From NCBI GenBank assembly GCA_049515535.1, contig JBEKTZ010000004.1:124001-188000 (forward strand): 64,000 nucleotides of DNA, in the 5' to 3' direction. The notes beneath the pieces are model-generated. The model saw only the letters and a list, made by a program, of their open reading frames with translations, made no database searches and was not told the DNA's origin. The stretch is from Candidatus Aminicenantales bacterium. Lineage in GTDB: Bacteria; Acidobacteriota; Aminicenantia; Aminicenantales; UBA4085. Positions 37,673 through 46,891 of the stretch are shown piece after piece. How positions within the stretch are numbered: the first letter of the stretch is position 1; the number at the start of each line of letters is the position of its first letter. Position numbers and translations under genes: made by a program.

Positions 37673-38827
37673 GTGATGATCGAATATAAGCTTACGGAAG
37701 AACAACTCGCTTTGCGGGAAATGGCGCGGGAGTTTGCCCGGAAAGAGATGGCGCCGAACGCGGCGAAATACGACCAGAGGCCTGATTTCCCGCTGGACAT
37801 CATGCAGAAAGCCTTCGACGCCGGATTCATGACGAGCAACATTCCCGAAAATTACGGGGGAGGCGGGCTGAGCAATTTCGACATGGCCCTCTTCAGCGAG
37901 GAGCTTGCCGCGGGATGCCCGGGCATGTTCTCAAGCATCATGGCGGTTTCCCTGGCCACCACGCCGATCCTCCTCTACGGCACGGACGAACAAAAAGAGA
38001 AATTTCTCCGTCCGCTCTGCCGGAAAATGGAATTCGCCTCCTATTGCCTGACCGAACGGGAATCGGGCTCCGACGCCGGTTCGATCAAAACCAAGGCCAT
38101 CAAATCCAGGAATGAGTACGTTCTCAACGGTTCGAAGTGTTTCATCACGAACGGCGGCGTGGCCGGCCTCTATGTCGTGTTCGCCAAAACGGCTCCGGAA
38201 AAGGGAGCCCGCGGCATGAGCGCCTTTATCATCCGTCGCGAAACGCCGGGCCTCGTCATCGGCAAGGTCGAAGACAAGATGGGGCACCGAGCTTCGAATA
38301 CGGCGGAGATCTTCTTCGAGGACTGCCGGGTTCCCGCCGAGAACCTTCTCGGAAGGGAACGGCAGGGATTCATCATTGCCATGAAGACATTCGATAAAAC
38401 GCGGTCCTCCGTGGGCGCGGCGGCGGTGGGCATCGCCAAGGCCGCTCTCGAATACGCCGTCGCCTACGCCAAGACGCGCCTCCAATTCGGTAAAGCGCTC
38501 GCGCTTTACCAAATGACCCAATCCAAGATCGCCGACATGGCCACGGAGATCCAGGCCGCCCGCCATCTAGTCTGGCACGCCGCTTGGCTCTCGGATCAGG
38601 GATTACCCTGCGGCAAGGAATCGGCCATGGCCAAATGCTTCGCCTCGGACGTGGCCATGCGGGTGACGACCGAGGCGGTGCAGATCTTCGGCGGGTACGG
38701 TTATATGAAAGACTACCCGGTCGAGAAACTCATGCGCGACGCCAAACTCCTCCAGATTTATGAGGGCACCAACGAGATCCAACGCCTGGTCATCGCTCAT
38801 GAAGTGATCGGGCCGGTCAAAGAGTGA
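37673..38827 (+). CDS. Acyl-CoA dehydrogenase
   Basis: CLTERESGSD, NGSKCFITN, KMGHRAS, GGYGY, IYEGTNEIQR. Confidence 0.93.
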   Translation: MMIEYKLTEEQLALREMAREFARKEMAPNAAKYDQRPDFPLDIMQKAFDAGFMTSNIPENYGGGGLSNFDMALFSEELAAGCPGMFSSIMAVSLATTPILLYGTDEQKEKFLRPLCRKMEFASYCLTERESGSDAGSIKTKAIKSRNEYVLNGSKCFITNGGVAGLYVVFAKTAPEKGARGMSAFIIRRETPGLVIGKVEDKMGHRASNTAEIFFEDCRVPAENLLGRERQGFIIAMKTFDKTRSSVGAAAVGIAKAALEYAVAYAKTRLQFGKALALYQMTQSKIADMATEIQAARHLVWHAAWLSDQGLPCGKESAMAKCFASDVAMRVTTEAVQIFGGYGYMKDYPVEKLMRDAKLLQIYEGTNEIQRLVIAHEVIGPVKE

Positions 38828-38851
38828 ATCGAAAATTCGGATTTGGAGGAT

Positions 38852-38884
38852 AAAAGGGGACATTGGGAAAACGTCCTTTTTTTG
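38852..38884. terminator. Probable bidirectional intrinsic terminator
   Basis: AAAAGGGGAC...GTCCTTTTTTT between convergent genes. Confidence 0.55.
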
Positions 38885-38933
38885 TTTTTAAATCGGGCTG
38901 AACGGATTCGCCCCAGCCAGGAAAACGGGGCTT

Positions 38934-39323
38934 CTACTCCGAGATATATTCCGGGATAAGTCCCAAGGTTTCGACGCCCGCCGCTTTACAGATATCGATC
39001 AGATCCACCACTTTGCTGAAGGGGACCTTAATATCCGCGCGAACGAAGATGGTCTTGTCGGATTTGGTGGCATAAAGCCGGCGAAGTTCGTCGCCGGCGG
39101 ATTTAAAATCTTTGAAGTTATCTCTATTAATATCAATCGTCAGGTCTTTCTTCAACGTCACGACGATCAGGCTGCTCGACTGGCCGGCCGCCGTATCGGT
39201 GGAGGTTTCGGGGAGTCGGACATCGATCCCTTTTTGGATGAGCGGCGTGATGACCATGAAAATGATCAGCAGCACGAGAAGAACGTCGCACAACGGAACG
39301 ACATTGGGTTCTGCTTTAGCCAT
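38934..39323 (-). CDS. ExbD/TolR family protein (orphan)
   Basis: PNVVPLCDVLLVLLIIFMV TM helix with the essential Asp; VRAD; AGV. Confidence 0.9.
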   Translation of the reverse strand: MAKAEPNVVPLCDVLLVLLIIFMVITPLIQKGIDVRLPETSTDTAAGQSSSLIVVTLKKDLTIDINRDNFKDFKSAGDELRRLYATKSDKTIFVRADIKVPFSKVVDLIDICKAAGVETLGLIPEYISE

Positions 39324-39357
39324 TTCTTCCTCCTTACCTAATCCAATAAGGATAATT

Positions 39358-39387
39358 ATTGTATGACACTTGATTTCGTCCTGTCAA
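39358..39387 (-). promoter_or_regulatory. Sigma-70 promoter of the exbD-like gene
   Basis: TTGACA-N18-TACAAT, then AGGAGG RBS. Confidence 0.7.
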
Positions 39388-39448
39388 CGTGTTTGTTGAA
39401 AATTCGAACGGCTCAAGATATATTAATCCTCTTGTTAAGGAGCAGGCC

Positions 39449-41197
39449 ATGAACGTTCTTATCATCCTCGCGCTGGCCATTGCCGCGTTTTTCGCGGCCG
39501 GCCGATTCTATTCGCGCGCTATCGCCCGTTGGCTGGGGGAAGATAAAAATGTCCCGACGCCCGCGGTCAAATACTGCGACGGCCGGGACTATATCCCGAC
39601 CAAGCGCTATGTCGTCTTCGCTCACCATTTTTCCGCCATCGCCGGCGCGGGCCCGATCCTGGGACCGACCATGGCCATCCTTTACGGGTTTGTGCCGGCC
39701 TGGCTTTGGATCGTGTTCGGGGGGATCTTCATCGGCGCGGTCCACGATTTCACGACGTTGTTCGTCAGCATGCGCGAAGGCGGAAAGTCGATGGCCGAAG
39801 TGGCGCGGAAGACCCTTGGAACGCGCGGCTTCAATCTCTTCATCGCCTTCACGATCGTCATGATCGTTCTGGTCACATCGTCCTTTTTGAGCGCGACCTC
39901 CATCTCCCTGACGTCGCTCTGGCCGCTGTCCAAGATCGGCGTCAAAGAAGGGGCGACGTTCTTGAAGACGGTCGTCAAAGACGGGGTCGTCATGGGCCGC
40001 ATCGGCGGCATCGCTTCGATGTCCGTGGTCGTGATCACGCTCTGTTCGCCCTTTCTCGGCTGGCTCATTTACAAGAAAAGCATCAAAACGCTTTACGCCT
40101 ACATGATCGCGTCCGCGATTTGTGCCGTCTCGGTTCTGCTCGGGATCGCCTTTCCGATCAGCCTGGCGCCGACGACCTGGATGATCATCATCTCGGCTTA
40201 TGTCCTTGTCGCCGCTGGGACGCCGGTCTGGCTGATCCTCCAGCCGAGGGATTTCATCAATGTTCAGATCCTTTACGGCGGGATCGTCTTAATGGTCCTT
40301 TCCCTGTTCAGCACCGGTATTGGAGGGCTATCCGTGACCGTTCCGAGCTTTAACCTGAGCGAGGGAGTCCGGCACCTTGGCTTCATCTGGCCCATGATGT
40401 TCTGTACGATCGCCTGCGGCGCCATTTCCGGATTCCACGCCCTCGTGGCCGGCGGCACGACCGGCAAACAGTTGCCCTGCGAAACTGACGCGCGCAAAGT
40501 CGGCTATAACGCGATGCTTCTCGAGTCGATCCTGGCGGTCTGTGTCCTTCTTGCGGTCGGAGCAGCCCTGAACTTCTCGGATTATAAATCCATCGTCTGG
40601 CCTTCCGACCCGGCGATTAAATCCAACCCCATCCTCGGTTTTTCCTTGGCGGCCGGGCAGCTCTTTCACCGCGGCCTGGGGATCCCCATGGCCCTGGGCA
40701 CGGTTTTTGGGATCCTGCTCGTCGAAGGATTCGTCATCACGACGCTCGATGCGGCGGTCCGTTTGAACCGGTATCTCTTCGAAGAGCTTTGGGGCATCCT
40801 TTTCAAAAAAGTGCCGAAGCTGGTCAAGCATTACTGGTTCAATTCCGGTTTATCCGTCGCGTTCATGTGGATCCTGGCCTACTCGAACGCTTTCAATATG
40901 CTCTGGCCGATTTTCGGGACAGCTAATCAGATGTTGGCGGCTTTGAGCTTGCTGGCCGTCACGGGATGGCTTCTCATCAGGAAGAAGAAGACCGCCTATG
41001 CGTTTATCCCCGCTCTCTTCATGCTCGCGACGACGCTGGCTTCTCTGGGGATCCTGCTCAAGGAATATATCGAAAAGAAGAGTTATATCCTCGTCGCGGC
41101 CGATATTCTGATGTTCATCCTGGCGATCGGCGTCGTAGCGCTCGTCGTTAAGAGGTTCCTCTTGAGAGCGACGCCCGTAACTGAATCTATGTTTTGA
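39449..41197 (+). CDS. cstA: Carbon starvation protein A family transporter
   Basis: HHFSAIAGAGPILGP, GAVHDF, LQPRD, IACGAISGFH, WPIFGTANQ; ATG after AAGGAG. Confidence 0.92.
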   Translation: MNVLIILALAIAAFFAAGRFYSRAIARWLGEDKNVPTPAVKYCDGRDYIPTKRYVVFAHHFSAIAGAGPILGPTMAILYGFVPAWLWIVFGGIFIGAVHDFTTLFVSMREGGKSMAEVARKTLGTRGFNLFIAFTIVMIVLVTSSFLSATSISLTSLWPLSKIGVKEGATFLKTVVKDGVVMGRIGGIASMSVVVITLCSPFLGWLIYKKSIKTLYAYMIASAICAVSVLLGIAFPISLAPTTWMIIISAYVLVAAGTPVWLILQPRDFINVQILYGGIVLMVLSLFSTGIGGLSVTVPSFNLSEGVRHLGFIWPMMFCTIACGAISGFHALVAGGTTGKQLPCETDARKVGYNAMLLESILAVCVLLAVGAALNFSDYKSIVWPSDPAIKSNPILGFSLAAGQLFHRGLGIPMALGTVFGILLVEGFVITTLDAAVRLNRYLFEELWGILFKKVPKLVKHYWFNSGLSVAFMWILAYSNAFNMLWPIFGTANQMLAALSLLAVTGWLLIRKKKTAYAFIPALFMLATTLASLGILLKEYIEKKSYILVAADILMFILAIGVVALVVKRFLLRATPVTESMF

Positions 41198-42242
41198 AGA
41201 TGAGGAGTTTTTTTACGGTTTCGGGCCAGGTCAGCCGGGAGATGAACTTAAAACCGTTCTGTCCCAGTTTTTCGGCGAGATTTCTCGTTTCCATCAGGAG
41301 ATCGAACTTCTCGGCGAGGCGCGCAGGGTCCGGCGGGGTGATGAAACCCGATTCGCCGTCTTTGACCAGCTCCGACGGCCCTCCGCTGTCCGTTGTGGTC
41401 ACGATTGGTTTCCTCGAGGCGAATGCTTCCGTGGTCACCAGACCATAATCCTCGTTGAAGGGACAGAAATAGACGGCCAAACACCGGGCATAGTGGGACA
41501 TGAGATTTTCTTCGTCCGTCGCGCCCAGCAGATAGATCCGGTTTTCCAGACCGTATTCCCGGATCCGCTGCGTCAGATTTTCGCGCTCGGGTCCCTCGCC
41601 GATGATGAAGGCCTTCAACTCTTTGTTTTTCACGAAACGGAAAGCCTCTACCAGGAGATCGATCCTCTTGAGTTTCTGCAGCCGGGAGACGGTGAAGATG
41701 AAGCTCTGATAAGATTCCGTCCGGTAATCGTGCTGCGGCGGTGGAGGATAGAGGACTTCGGAAGGGATGCCGCCCCAGCGACGAAGCCTTTCCTGGATCG
41801 TCCCGGATTGGGCGTAGAGTTTGGTCACGTTGCGTTTGAGCAGGCGGGTATCCATTGCGTGGATCAAGCGTCTTCGAATGCCCTCTTTGAAGCGGTCTTT
41901 GCGGCCTAATTGAGCCTTAAGCATGGGCCAAAGGTCGTAGTACTCCCGCATCCGATGATTGAGCCAACAGACATGGACGGGGTGCTTGACGGCATAGCTC
42001 GGAAAGCGGAAGGAGATCACCTGGTGGACGCCGCGTCCCTGGCCATCGATCTCCACGTCGGTGAAGCGGTTGGCCGCATAGGCTCGAAATTGCCGGCCCG
42101 CCCTGTTTTGGGGGGTCAGGACGAGATCCGCGTCAAACCCTTGTTGGCGCAGCGCCCGGACGGTGTTCCGGGCGATGGTCAAATGACCGCCCTCGACGAA
42201 CGTCACGTCCGAAGTGACGACTAAAACCCGCTTTTTTTCCAA
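41187..42242 (-). CDS. GT4 family glycosyltransferase
   Basis: EGGH, SRL..LKR, EDYGLVTTEA; probable TTG start at 42242. Confidence 0.85.
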   Translation of the reverse strand: MEKKRVLVVTSDVTFVEGGHLTIARNTVRALRQQGFDADLVLTPQNRAGRQFRAYAANRFTDVEIDGQGRGVHQVISFRFPSYAVKHPVHVCWLNHRMREYYDLWPMLKAQLGRKDRFKEGIRRRLIHAMDTRLLKRNVTKLYAQSGTIQERLRRWGGIPSEVLYPPPPQHDYRTESYQSFIFTVSRLQKLKRIDLLVEAFRFVKNKELKAFIIGEGPERENLTQRIREYGLENRIYLLGATDEENLMSHYARCLAVYFCPFNEDYGLVTTEAFASRKPIVTTTDSGGPSELVKDGESGFITPPDPARLAEKFDLLMETRNLAEKLGQNGFKFISRLTWPETVKKLLIFKT

Positions 42243-42252
42243 TCCTTTTCCG

Positions 42253-42648
42253 TCACTTGAGGGTGTCGAATGTTTTTTTGTTGTTATTCGTCTTGAAGAC
42301 AAGAACGGCTCTTCCCGCGCCCGCGGCGCTGCCGTAACAATGTTCGATATCGATCACCGCGTTTCCCAGCAGGGCGCCGATCTCCGCGCCCGCGCCGATG
42401 CGGTCGCTGATCTCCACGGTGATGACGTTGTTGAGCTTGACTTTGTATCCCAACGCGCGCAAAGCGGTTTCGGCCTTTTTATTATTGGATGTGATCAACC
42501 GGAAATGGCCCTCGCACTCATGGGAAAAAACGGACAAAGCCCGCAAGTTGACGCCCGCGTTGGCCAGAGTTCCAAGCACCCGGCCCAAAATCCCCGGTTC
42601 GTCGGGCGTGATGACATGAAGCTCGGTCTCGACGTTGACGTTATGCAC
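42253..42648 (-). CDS. Tandem ACT-domain protein
   Basis: DEPGILGRV..L...GVNL and DRIGAG..I...L....IDI. Confidence 0.82.
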   Translation of the reverse strand: MHNVNVETELHVITPDEPGILGRVLGTLANAGVNLRALSVFSHECEGHFRLITSNNKKAETALRALGYKVKLNNVITVEISDRIGAGAEIGALLGNAVIDIEHCYGSAAGAGRAVLVFKTNNNKKTFDTLK

Positions 42649-42693
42649 CTTTCTTTCTCCTTCCTCCTTCCCAAGAAAATGTATTATACCAAA

Positions 42694-42720
42694 AAATCGA
42701 GAAATCGAGAAATCGAGAAA
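42694..42720. repeat. 8-bp tandem repeat (AAATCGAG x3)
   Basis: Read directly; lies in the divergent promoter region. Confidence 0.85.
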
Positions 42721-42790
42721 GGCGCTTTTCGAGCTTTATCGAAGCGAGGCGTTCGCCTATAATGGATGAGATCAGCATGAAAGGAACGCC

Positions 42791-43519
42791 ATGAAAGAAA
42801 CCCGATTGGCCATCATCGATAATTCCATCCATCCGGAGATCTATAAACCCGTCGAACACTGGAGCGCGTACCTGGGGCGGTCCGAATGGACGGCTTTTTA
42901 TAGCCCGAAAAATCAATTGCCGAGTTTAAAAGGTTTCACTCATGTCATCCTGACGGGATCCGAAGCGTCGATTCTGGACCGGGAGCCTTGGGTCGAGCGG
43001 GAAATCGAGTTCGTGATGGACGCCGGCCATGAGGGCCTGTCCCTGCTGGGAAGCTGCGATGGGCATCAACTGCTGGCCTTGGCCTTAGCCGGACCAACGC
43101 ATGTGGGACGGTGCAGAGAACCCGAAATAGGCTGGATCCCGATCGATATCAAAACCGATTCTTCGCTCCTGGGCCTGGCGCGCTCGGCCTTCACCTTTTC
43201 CGCCCATTTCGACGAGGTAAGGGATCTCGGAGACCCCTTTGTCATTCTGGCTTCCACCGACGTCTGTCCCATACAGGCTTTCGGGATCCGGGGCCGCAAC
43301 GTTTGGGGCCTCCAGATCCATCCCGAAATCGATATCACGGCGGCAGGGGGTCTTCTTGAGGATTTCCGAGGCGTTTTTCCGAAATACCGGCCTTTCTATG
43401 AGGGGGCCCTCGCCTCGGAGCCAAGCGATTCCGGGCTGATCTTCAAGATTATCAATACCTTTCTTGGAATTTCTTGGAATTTCTGCTTGACAAAAAGCCC
43501 GTTTTGTAGGATTTTATAG
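42791..43519 (+). CDS. Class I glutamine amidotransferase-like protein
   Basis: ILTGS, GSCDGHQ, EIGW, QIHPE. Confidence 0.85.
   Translation: MKETRLAIIDNSIHPEIYKPVEHWSAYLGRSEWTAFYSPKNQLPSLKGFTHVILTGSEASILDREPWVEREIEFVMDAGHEGLSLLGSCDGHQLLALALAGPTHVGRCREPEIGWIPIDIKTDSSLLGLARSAFTFSAHFDEVRDLGDPFVILASTDVCPIQAFGIRGRNVWGLQIHPEIDITAAGGLLEDFRGVFPKYRPFYEGALASEPSDSGLIFKIINTFLGISWNFCLTKSPFCRIL
43460..43484. repeat. 10-bp tandem duplication (TTTCTTGGAA x2.5)
   Basis: Read directly, at the 3' end of the GATase gene. Confidence 0.85.
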
Positions 43520-43578
43520 AGAGGTTTCTTATAAAAAATTACGGGAAGCGTGAAAGTTTTATCAATGAGGAGGCTTTC

Positions 43579-45057
43579 GTGAGAAGTAAAAAGCTTATTT
43601 TCTGTTGCGTCGCGCTGCTGATCGTCTTTTCGGTCGTATCTTTCGCCGAGACGAAGAAATTGACGCGCATCGGCGTTAACACGTTCGCCCAAATCAAGGG
43701 AAACATCCCCACGGCCCAGGTGATGAAAATGATTGCCGAGAAGTATGCCGGAGATATCAAGTACGGATTCGATCAAGTCGGGATGAGCGACATGTACCTT
43801 CCGTTTCTCGATCAGCTGAGATCGGCCTCGTTCACCGAGAAGACCATTCCCGTGGGCGATAAATTTTATTGGATGCTTTTCCGGGTCCAGGGCAAAGTCA
43901 GAATCTGGGAGGATGTGGAATGGGCGGGCGCGAGGCCTCTCGAGGTCTTCTCGTTCATGGTGACCAAGGACAATAAGGTCTATGAGTTCATCATCCCGAA
44001 ACCGTGCGGGAATATCGCGCTCTATAAAATCGCGGAAATGCGGAAGGTCGTGCCTCAGCCCGTTTGCAATCTCGTCGTGAGTCCGGTCAAGGCGAACTGC
44101 AACGAACCGATCACGGTGGATATGAGCGGCACGAAGAACGCCGTGGCCATGGACGTCGAGATCTTCACCGCGCAGGGGACAAGAATCGCGTCGCACGCGT
44201 TCACTCCCGCCGCGCCGAAGTGGCAGACGAAATTCGATAAACCCGGAGAATATGTTTTTCAGGCCAAGGTCGTCGGCCAGGACGGGAAGGCCTCCGAAAA
44301 TCCCTGCCAGACCAAGATCTACATCAATTTTCCACCGGTTTGCAAGCTCGTGACCTCCTGCCTGCCTTGTCAGGATTATGTCGGTCGCCCGATCATCTTC
44401 GATGCCAGCGGATCCACGGACTCCGACGGCCAGATTGTCAAGGCCAGCTTTGAAGCCACCGACGCCGCCGGCAATGTCATCGACAGCTTTATGAAAACCG
44501 AGAAACCGTTTGTCTGGGAAAAGGTCTTCAAGAAAGCCGGCATGTACGGAGTGAACGTCGTCGTCTTCGATGATATGGGCGCGGCTTCCTCCAACGGCGA
44601 TCCGTGCCGGATCACGTTCGAGGTCACCCAAAAACGGTTCTTTTTCCTTACGGAAGTGGGCGGCCTGCTGGCGCGCGGCACCTACACAGGATATCTCTTC
44701 GGACGCCTGGGCATGATGTGGAATCTCTTCCCCGATGCCATAGATATCATTATCCGGGTGGGCGGCGCCCTTCCGACGCGGGGTGATCCCTGGAAAGCCT
44801 TCTTCATGGGAGATGTTCTCATGAATTTCCATCTCGGTCCCGCCGCTTATTTGGATGCGGGAATCGGCTATACCGGAAAGGAACAGGCCGCTCGGAAAAG
44901 CGGTGTCGACCTGATCGGAGCGTTTGGAGTCAACATTTTCAACAATTACAGCAATGCGGGATCGATCTTCGCCGAAATCCGCGTTCCCATCATAACGAAG
45001 AACCGCGACTTCGACACCCATCACAAGCTCCTGCTCGGATTCCGGTATATCTTTTAA
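43579..45057 (+). CDS. Exported protein: unknown N-domain, two PKD/Ig-like repeats, C-terminal small OM beta-barrel
   Basis: GTG after GAGGAGG; signal peptide ending SFA; FDASGSTDSDGQI PKD motif; ends GFRYIF. Confidence 0.75.
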   Translation: MRSKKLIFCCVALLIVFSVVSFAETKKLTRIGVNTFAQIKGNIPTAQVMKMIAEKYAGDIKYGFDQVGMSDMYLPFLDQLRSASFTEKTIPVGDKFYWMLFRVQGKVRIWEDVEWAGARPLEVFSFMVTKDNKVYEFIIPKPCGNIALYKIAEMRKVVPQPVCNLVVSPVKANCNEPITVDMSGTKNAVAMDVEIFTAQGTRIASHAFTPAAPKWQTKFDKPGEYVFQAKVVGQDGKASENPCQTKIYINFPPVCKLVTSCLPCQDYVGRPIIFDASGSTDSDGQIVKASFEATDAAGNVIDSFMKTEKPFVWEKVFKKAGMYGVNVVVFDDMGAASSNGDPCRITFEVTQKRFFFLTEVGGLLARGTYTGYLFGRLGMMWNLFPDAIDIIIRVGGALPTRGDPWKAFFMGDVLMNFHLGPAAYLDAGIGYTGKEQAARKSGVDLIGAFGVNIFNNYSNAGSIFAEIRVPIITKNRDFDTHHKLLLGFRYIF

Positions 45058-45072
45058 AAAGGGAAGACGGCT

Positions 45073-45106
45073 AAAAGGCCGGGAAGCGTTTCCCGGCCTT
45101 TTTTTT
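45073..45106 (+). terminator. Intrinsic terminator
   Basis: GGCCGGGAA-GCGT-TTCCCGGCC followed by T8. Confidence 0.9.
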
Positions 45107-45115
45107 CGTTCGCAT

Positions 45116-45144
45116 TTGCCTTTCCCGGATAAAATGCCTACAAT
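45116..45144 (+). promoter_or_regulatory. Sigma-70 promoter, probably leaderless, of rfbD
   Basis: TTGCCT-N17-TACAAT-N7-ATG. Confidence 0.6.
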
Positions 45145-45151
45145 TCCTGTC

Positions 45152-46015
45152 ATGAATGTCGTCCTGATCGGCGCCGACGGACAGCTGGGAACGGACCTTC
45201 TCCGGGCGCTCGAAAAAGAGCGCGTCCACCCGCTTTATTATCCGGCCTTCGACGTCACGAAACCTAAGGACGTCCGGAAAGTCCTCGACGAAATTCGGCC
45301 CGATGTGGTCATCAACACGGCGGCGTATCACCGTGTCGACGAATGCGAGGACCGCGTCGAGGAAGCGTTTCGGGTCAACGCGTTTGCCGTTCGCGATCTG
45401 GCCCTTGTCTGCCGGGATATGGGCGCGACGCTCGTCCATTTCAGCACGGATTATGTTTTCGATGGCGGCAAAACCGAACCATATGTCGAGGACGATCCGC
45501 CTTTTCCATTGAGCGTTTATGGATCGTCGAAACTGGCCGGCGAATATTTTCTCCGGACGCATTGCGAGAGATACTTTCTGATCCGGACCTGTGGGCTATA
45601 TGGACTGGCCGGATGCCGGGAGAAAGGCCGCAATTTCGTCGAGGCGATGCTGTCCATGGCCGAAAGCGGCCGTCCCGTCCGCGTCGTGAACGACCAGTGG
45701 GTGACTCCGACATCCACGGAAGAATTGGTGGACCGTCTCGCCGAATTGATCCGGACCCGTCATTTCGGCCTTTATCACATGACGAACGAAGGCCGATGCA
45801 CTTGGTTCGATTTCGCTTCTGCCATTTTCTCTATTCTGGGCCGGAAGGCCAACCTCGTTCCCGTGGATACCCGGACGTTCGGGGCCAAAGCCAAACGCCC
45901 GGCCTTTTCCGTTCTGGAGAACGGGCGGGCGAAAGCCTTCGGCCTTAAGGAATTTTCGCCTTGGCGGATCGCCCTTGAAAACTATTTGAAGAAAAAAGGA
46001 CTTTTTTGGGAATAA
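45152..46015 (+). CDS. rfbD: dTDP-4-dehydrorhamnose reductase
   Basis: GADGQLG, NTAAY, STDYVFDG, YGSSK, DQ..TPT, RPAFSVL. Confidence 0.92.
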   Translation: MNVVLIGADGQLGTDLLRALEKERVHPLYYPAFDVTKPKDVRKVLDEIRPDVVINTAAYHRVDECEDRVEEAFRVNAFAVRDLALVCRDMGATLVHFSTDYVFDGGKTEPYVEDDPPFPLSVYGSSKLAGEYFLRTHCERYFLIRTCGLYGLAGCREKGRNFVEAMLSMAESGRPVRVVNDQWVTPTSTEELVDRLAELIRTRHFGLYHMTNEGRCTWFDFASAIFSILGRKANLVPVDTRTFGAKAKRPAFSVLENGRAKAFGLKEFSPWRIALENYLKKKGLFWE

Positions 46016-46126
46016 CGGGGGAACCGAAACCAAGGGGAACGCCCCCCGCTTCCCATGGGTCAAAGGAAAGCCGAGCGGTCGGCCGATTCGATAAGGATGG
46101 AAAAGTCGGAGGGGCCGGCGCAGGGA

Positions 46127-46417
46127 CTATTCGGATAGTTTCCCGAGCTTGGCTAATTCGTCGTTATAATACTTCCGGTAGAGGATCTCCCACTCCCGGC
46201 TGCCTTCCTCGATGGATTTCTTCTGAGTCTGGATCTTCTGGATGGCCCGTTTGTCCAATGATTCGTAAAGCATCATCTCCTCTTCGATGGAACGGAGGAT
46301 ATTCAGCCGGATCTCGTTCGCGTCGTCCAGAAACTCGACGTTGTCGTTTTTTGTCAGCGCCTCGATGATCCGTTTCGAGAGGAAATTGATTTTTTCGCGC
46401 GACAGCCGGTTGCTCAT
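46127..46417 (-). CDS. DUF507-family protein
   Basis: RLSREKI, EGSREWEILY..YY pattern; tandem paralog of the upstream gene. Confidence 0.75.
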   Translation of the reverse strand: MSNRLSREKINFLSKRIIEALTKNDNVEFLDDANEIRLNILRSIEEEMMLYESLDKRAIQKIQTQKKSIEEGSREWEILYRKYYNDELAKLGKLSE

Positions 46418-46692
46418 AGGATGATGTTCCTTTCCTTGGCCAGCTTGGTTTTGATCATCCGGAACATGGTCTGGTATTCGAGGTTTTCTTTACGGATCTT
46501 CTCCATGTGTTTGCTGAGGAGCTCGCGGACTTCCTGGTCGAGTTGATCCTCTTTCTGGAATTCCTCCGTGATCAGGGCGACGACCTCGTCCATGAGAGCC
46601 GTCTTGTCCTCGAGCAGGACCTTGTTGTCCTTCTGCAGGTTGCGGAGGATGAGAAACGCCAGGTGTTCGATCTGATTCTTGTTAAGCCTCAT
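46414..46692 (-). CDS. DUF507-family protein
   Basis: MRL...I, EDQLDQEVRELL, MFRMIK.KLAKER; start reassigned to ATG 46692. Confidence 0.75.
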   Translation of the reverse strand: MRLNKNQIEHLAFLILRNLQKDNKVLLEDKTALMDEVVALITEEFQKEDQLDQEVRELLSKHMEKIRKENLEYQTMFRMIKTKLAKERNIIL

Positions 46693-46891
46693 GTCCCGTA
46701 TAAAATACACTAGCTTGGCCGAAAATTCAAGAATCTCATATAAAAAGGGCTCGGAGCGGAGATCCGCCGCTCAGGGAAGCCAGGACACCCAGGTCCTATT
46801 TTCTCTCTATTTCCGGCCGGGAAGGAATATGGGAATGAAGATCATCAAAGATAATCGGGCTCAGGGGCCCGGTTTTCCGACTCTTTTTTGA

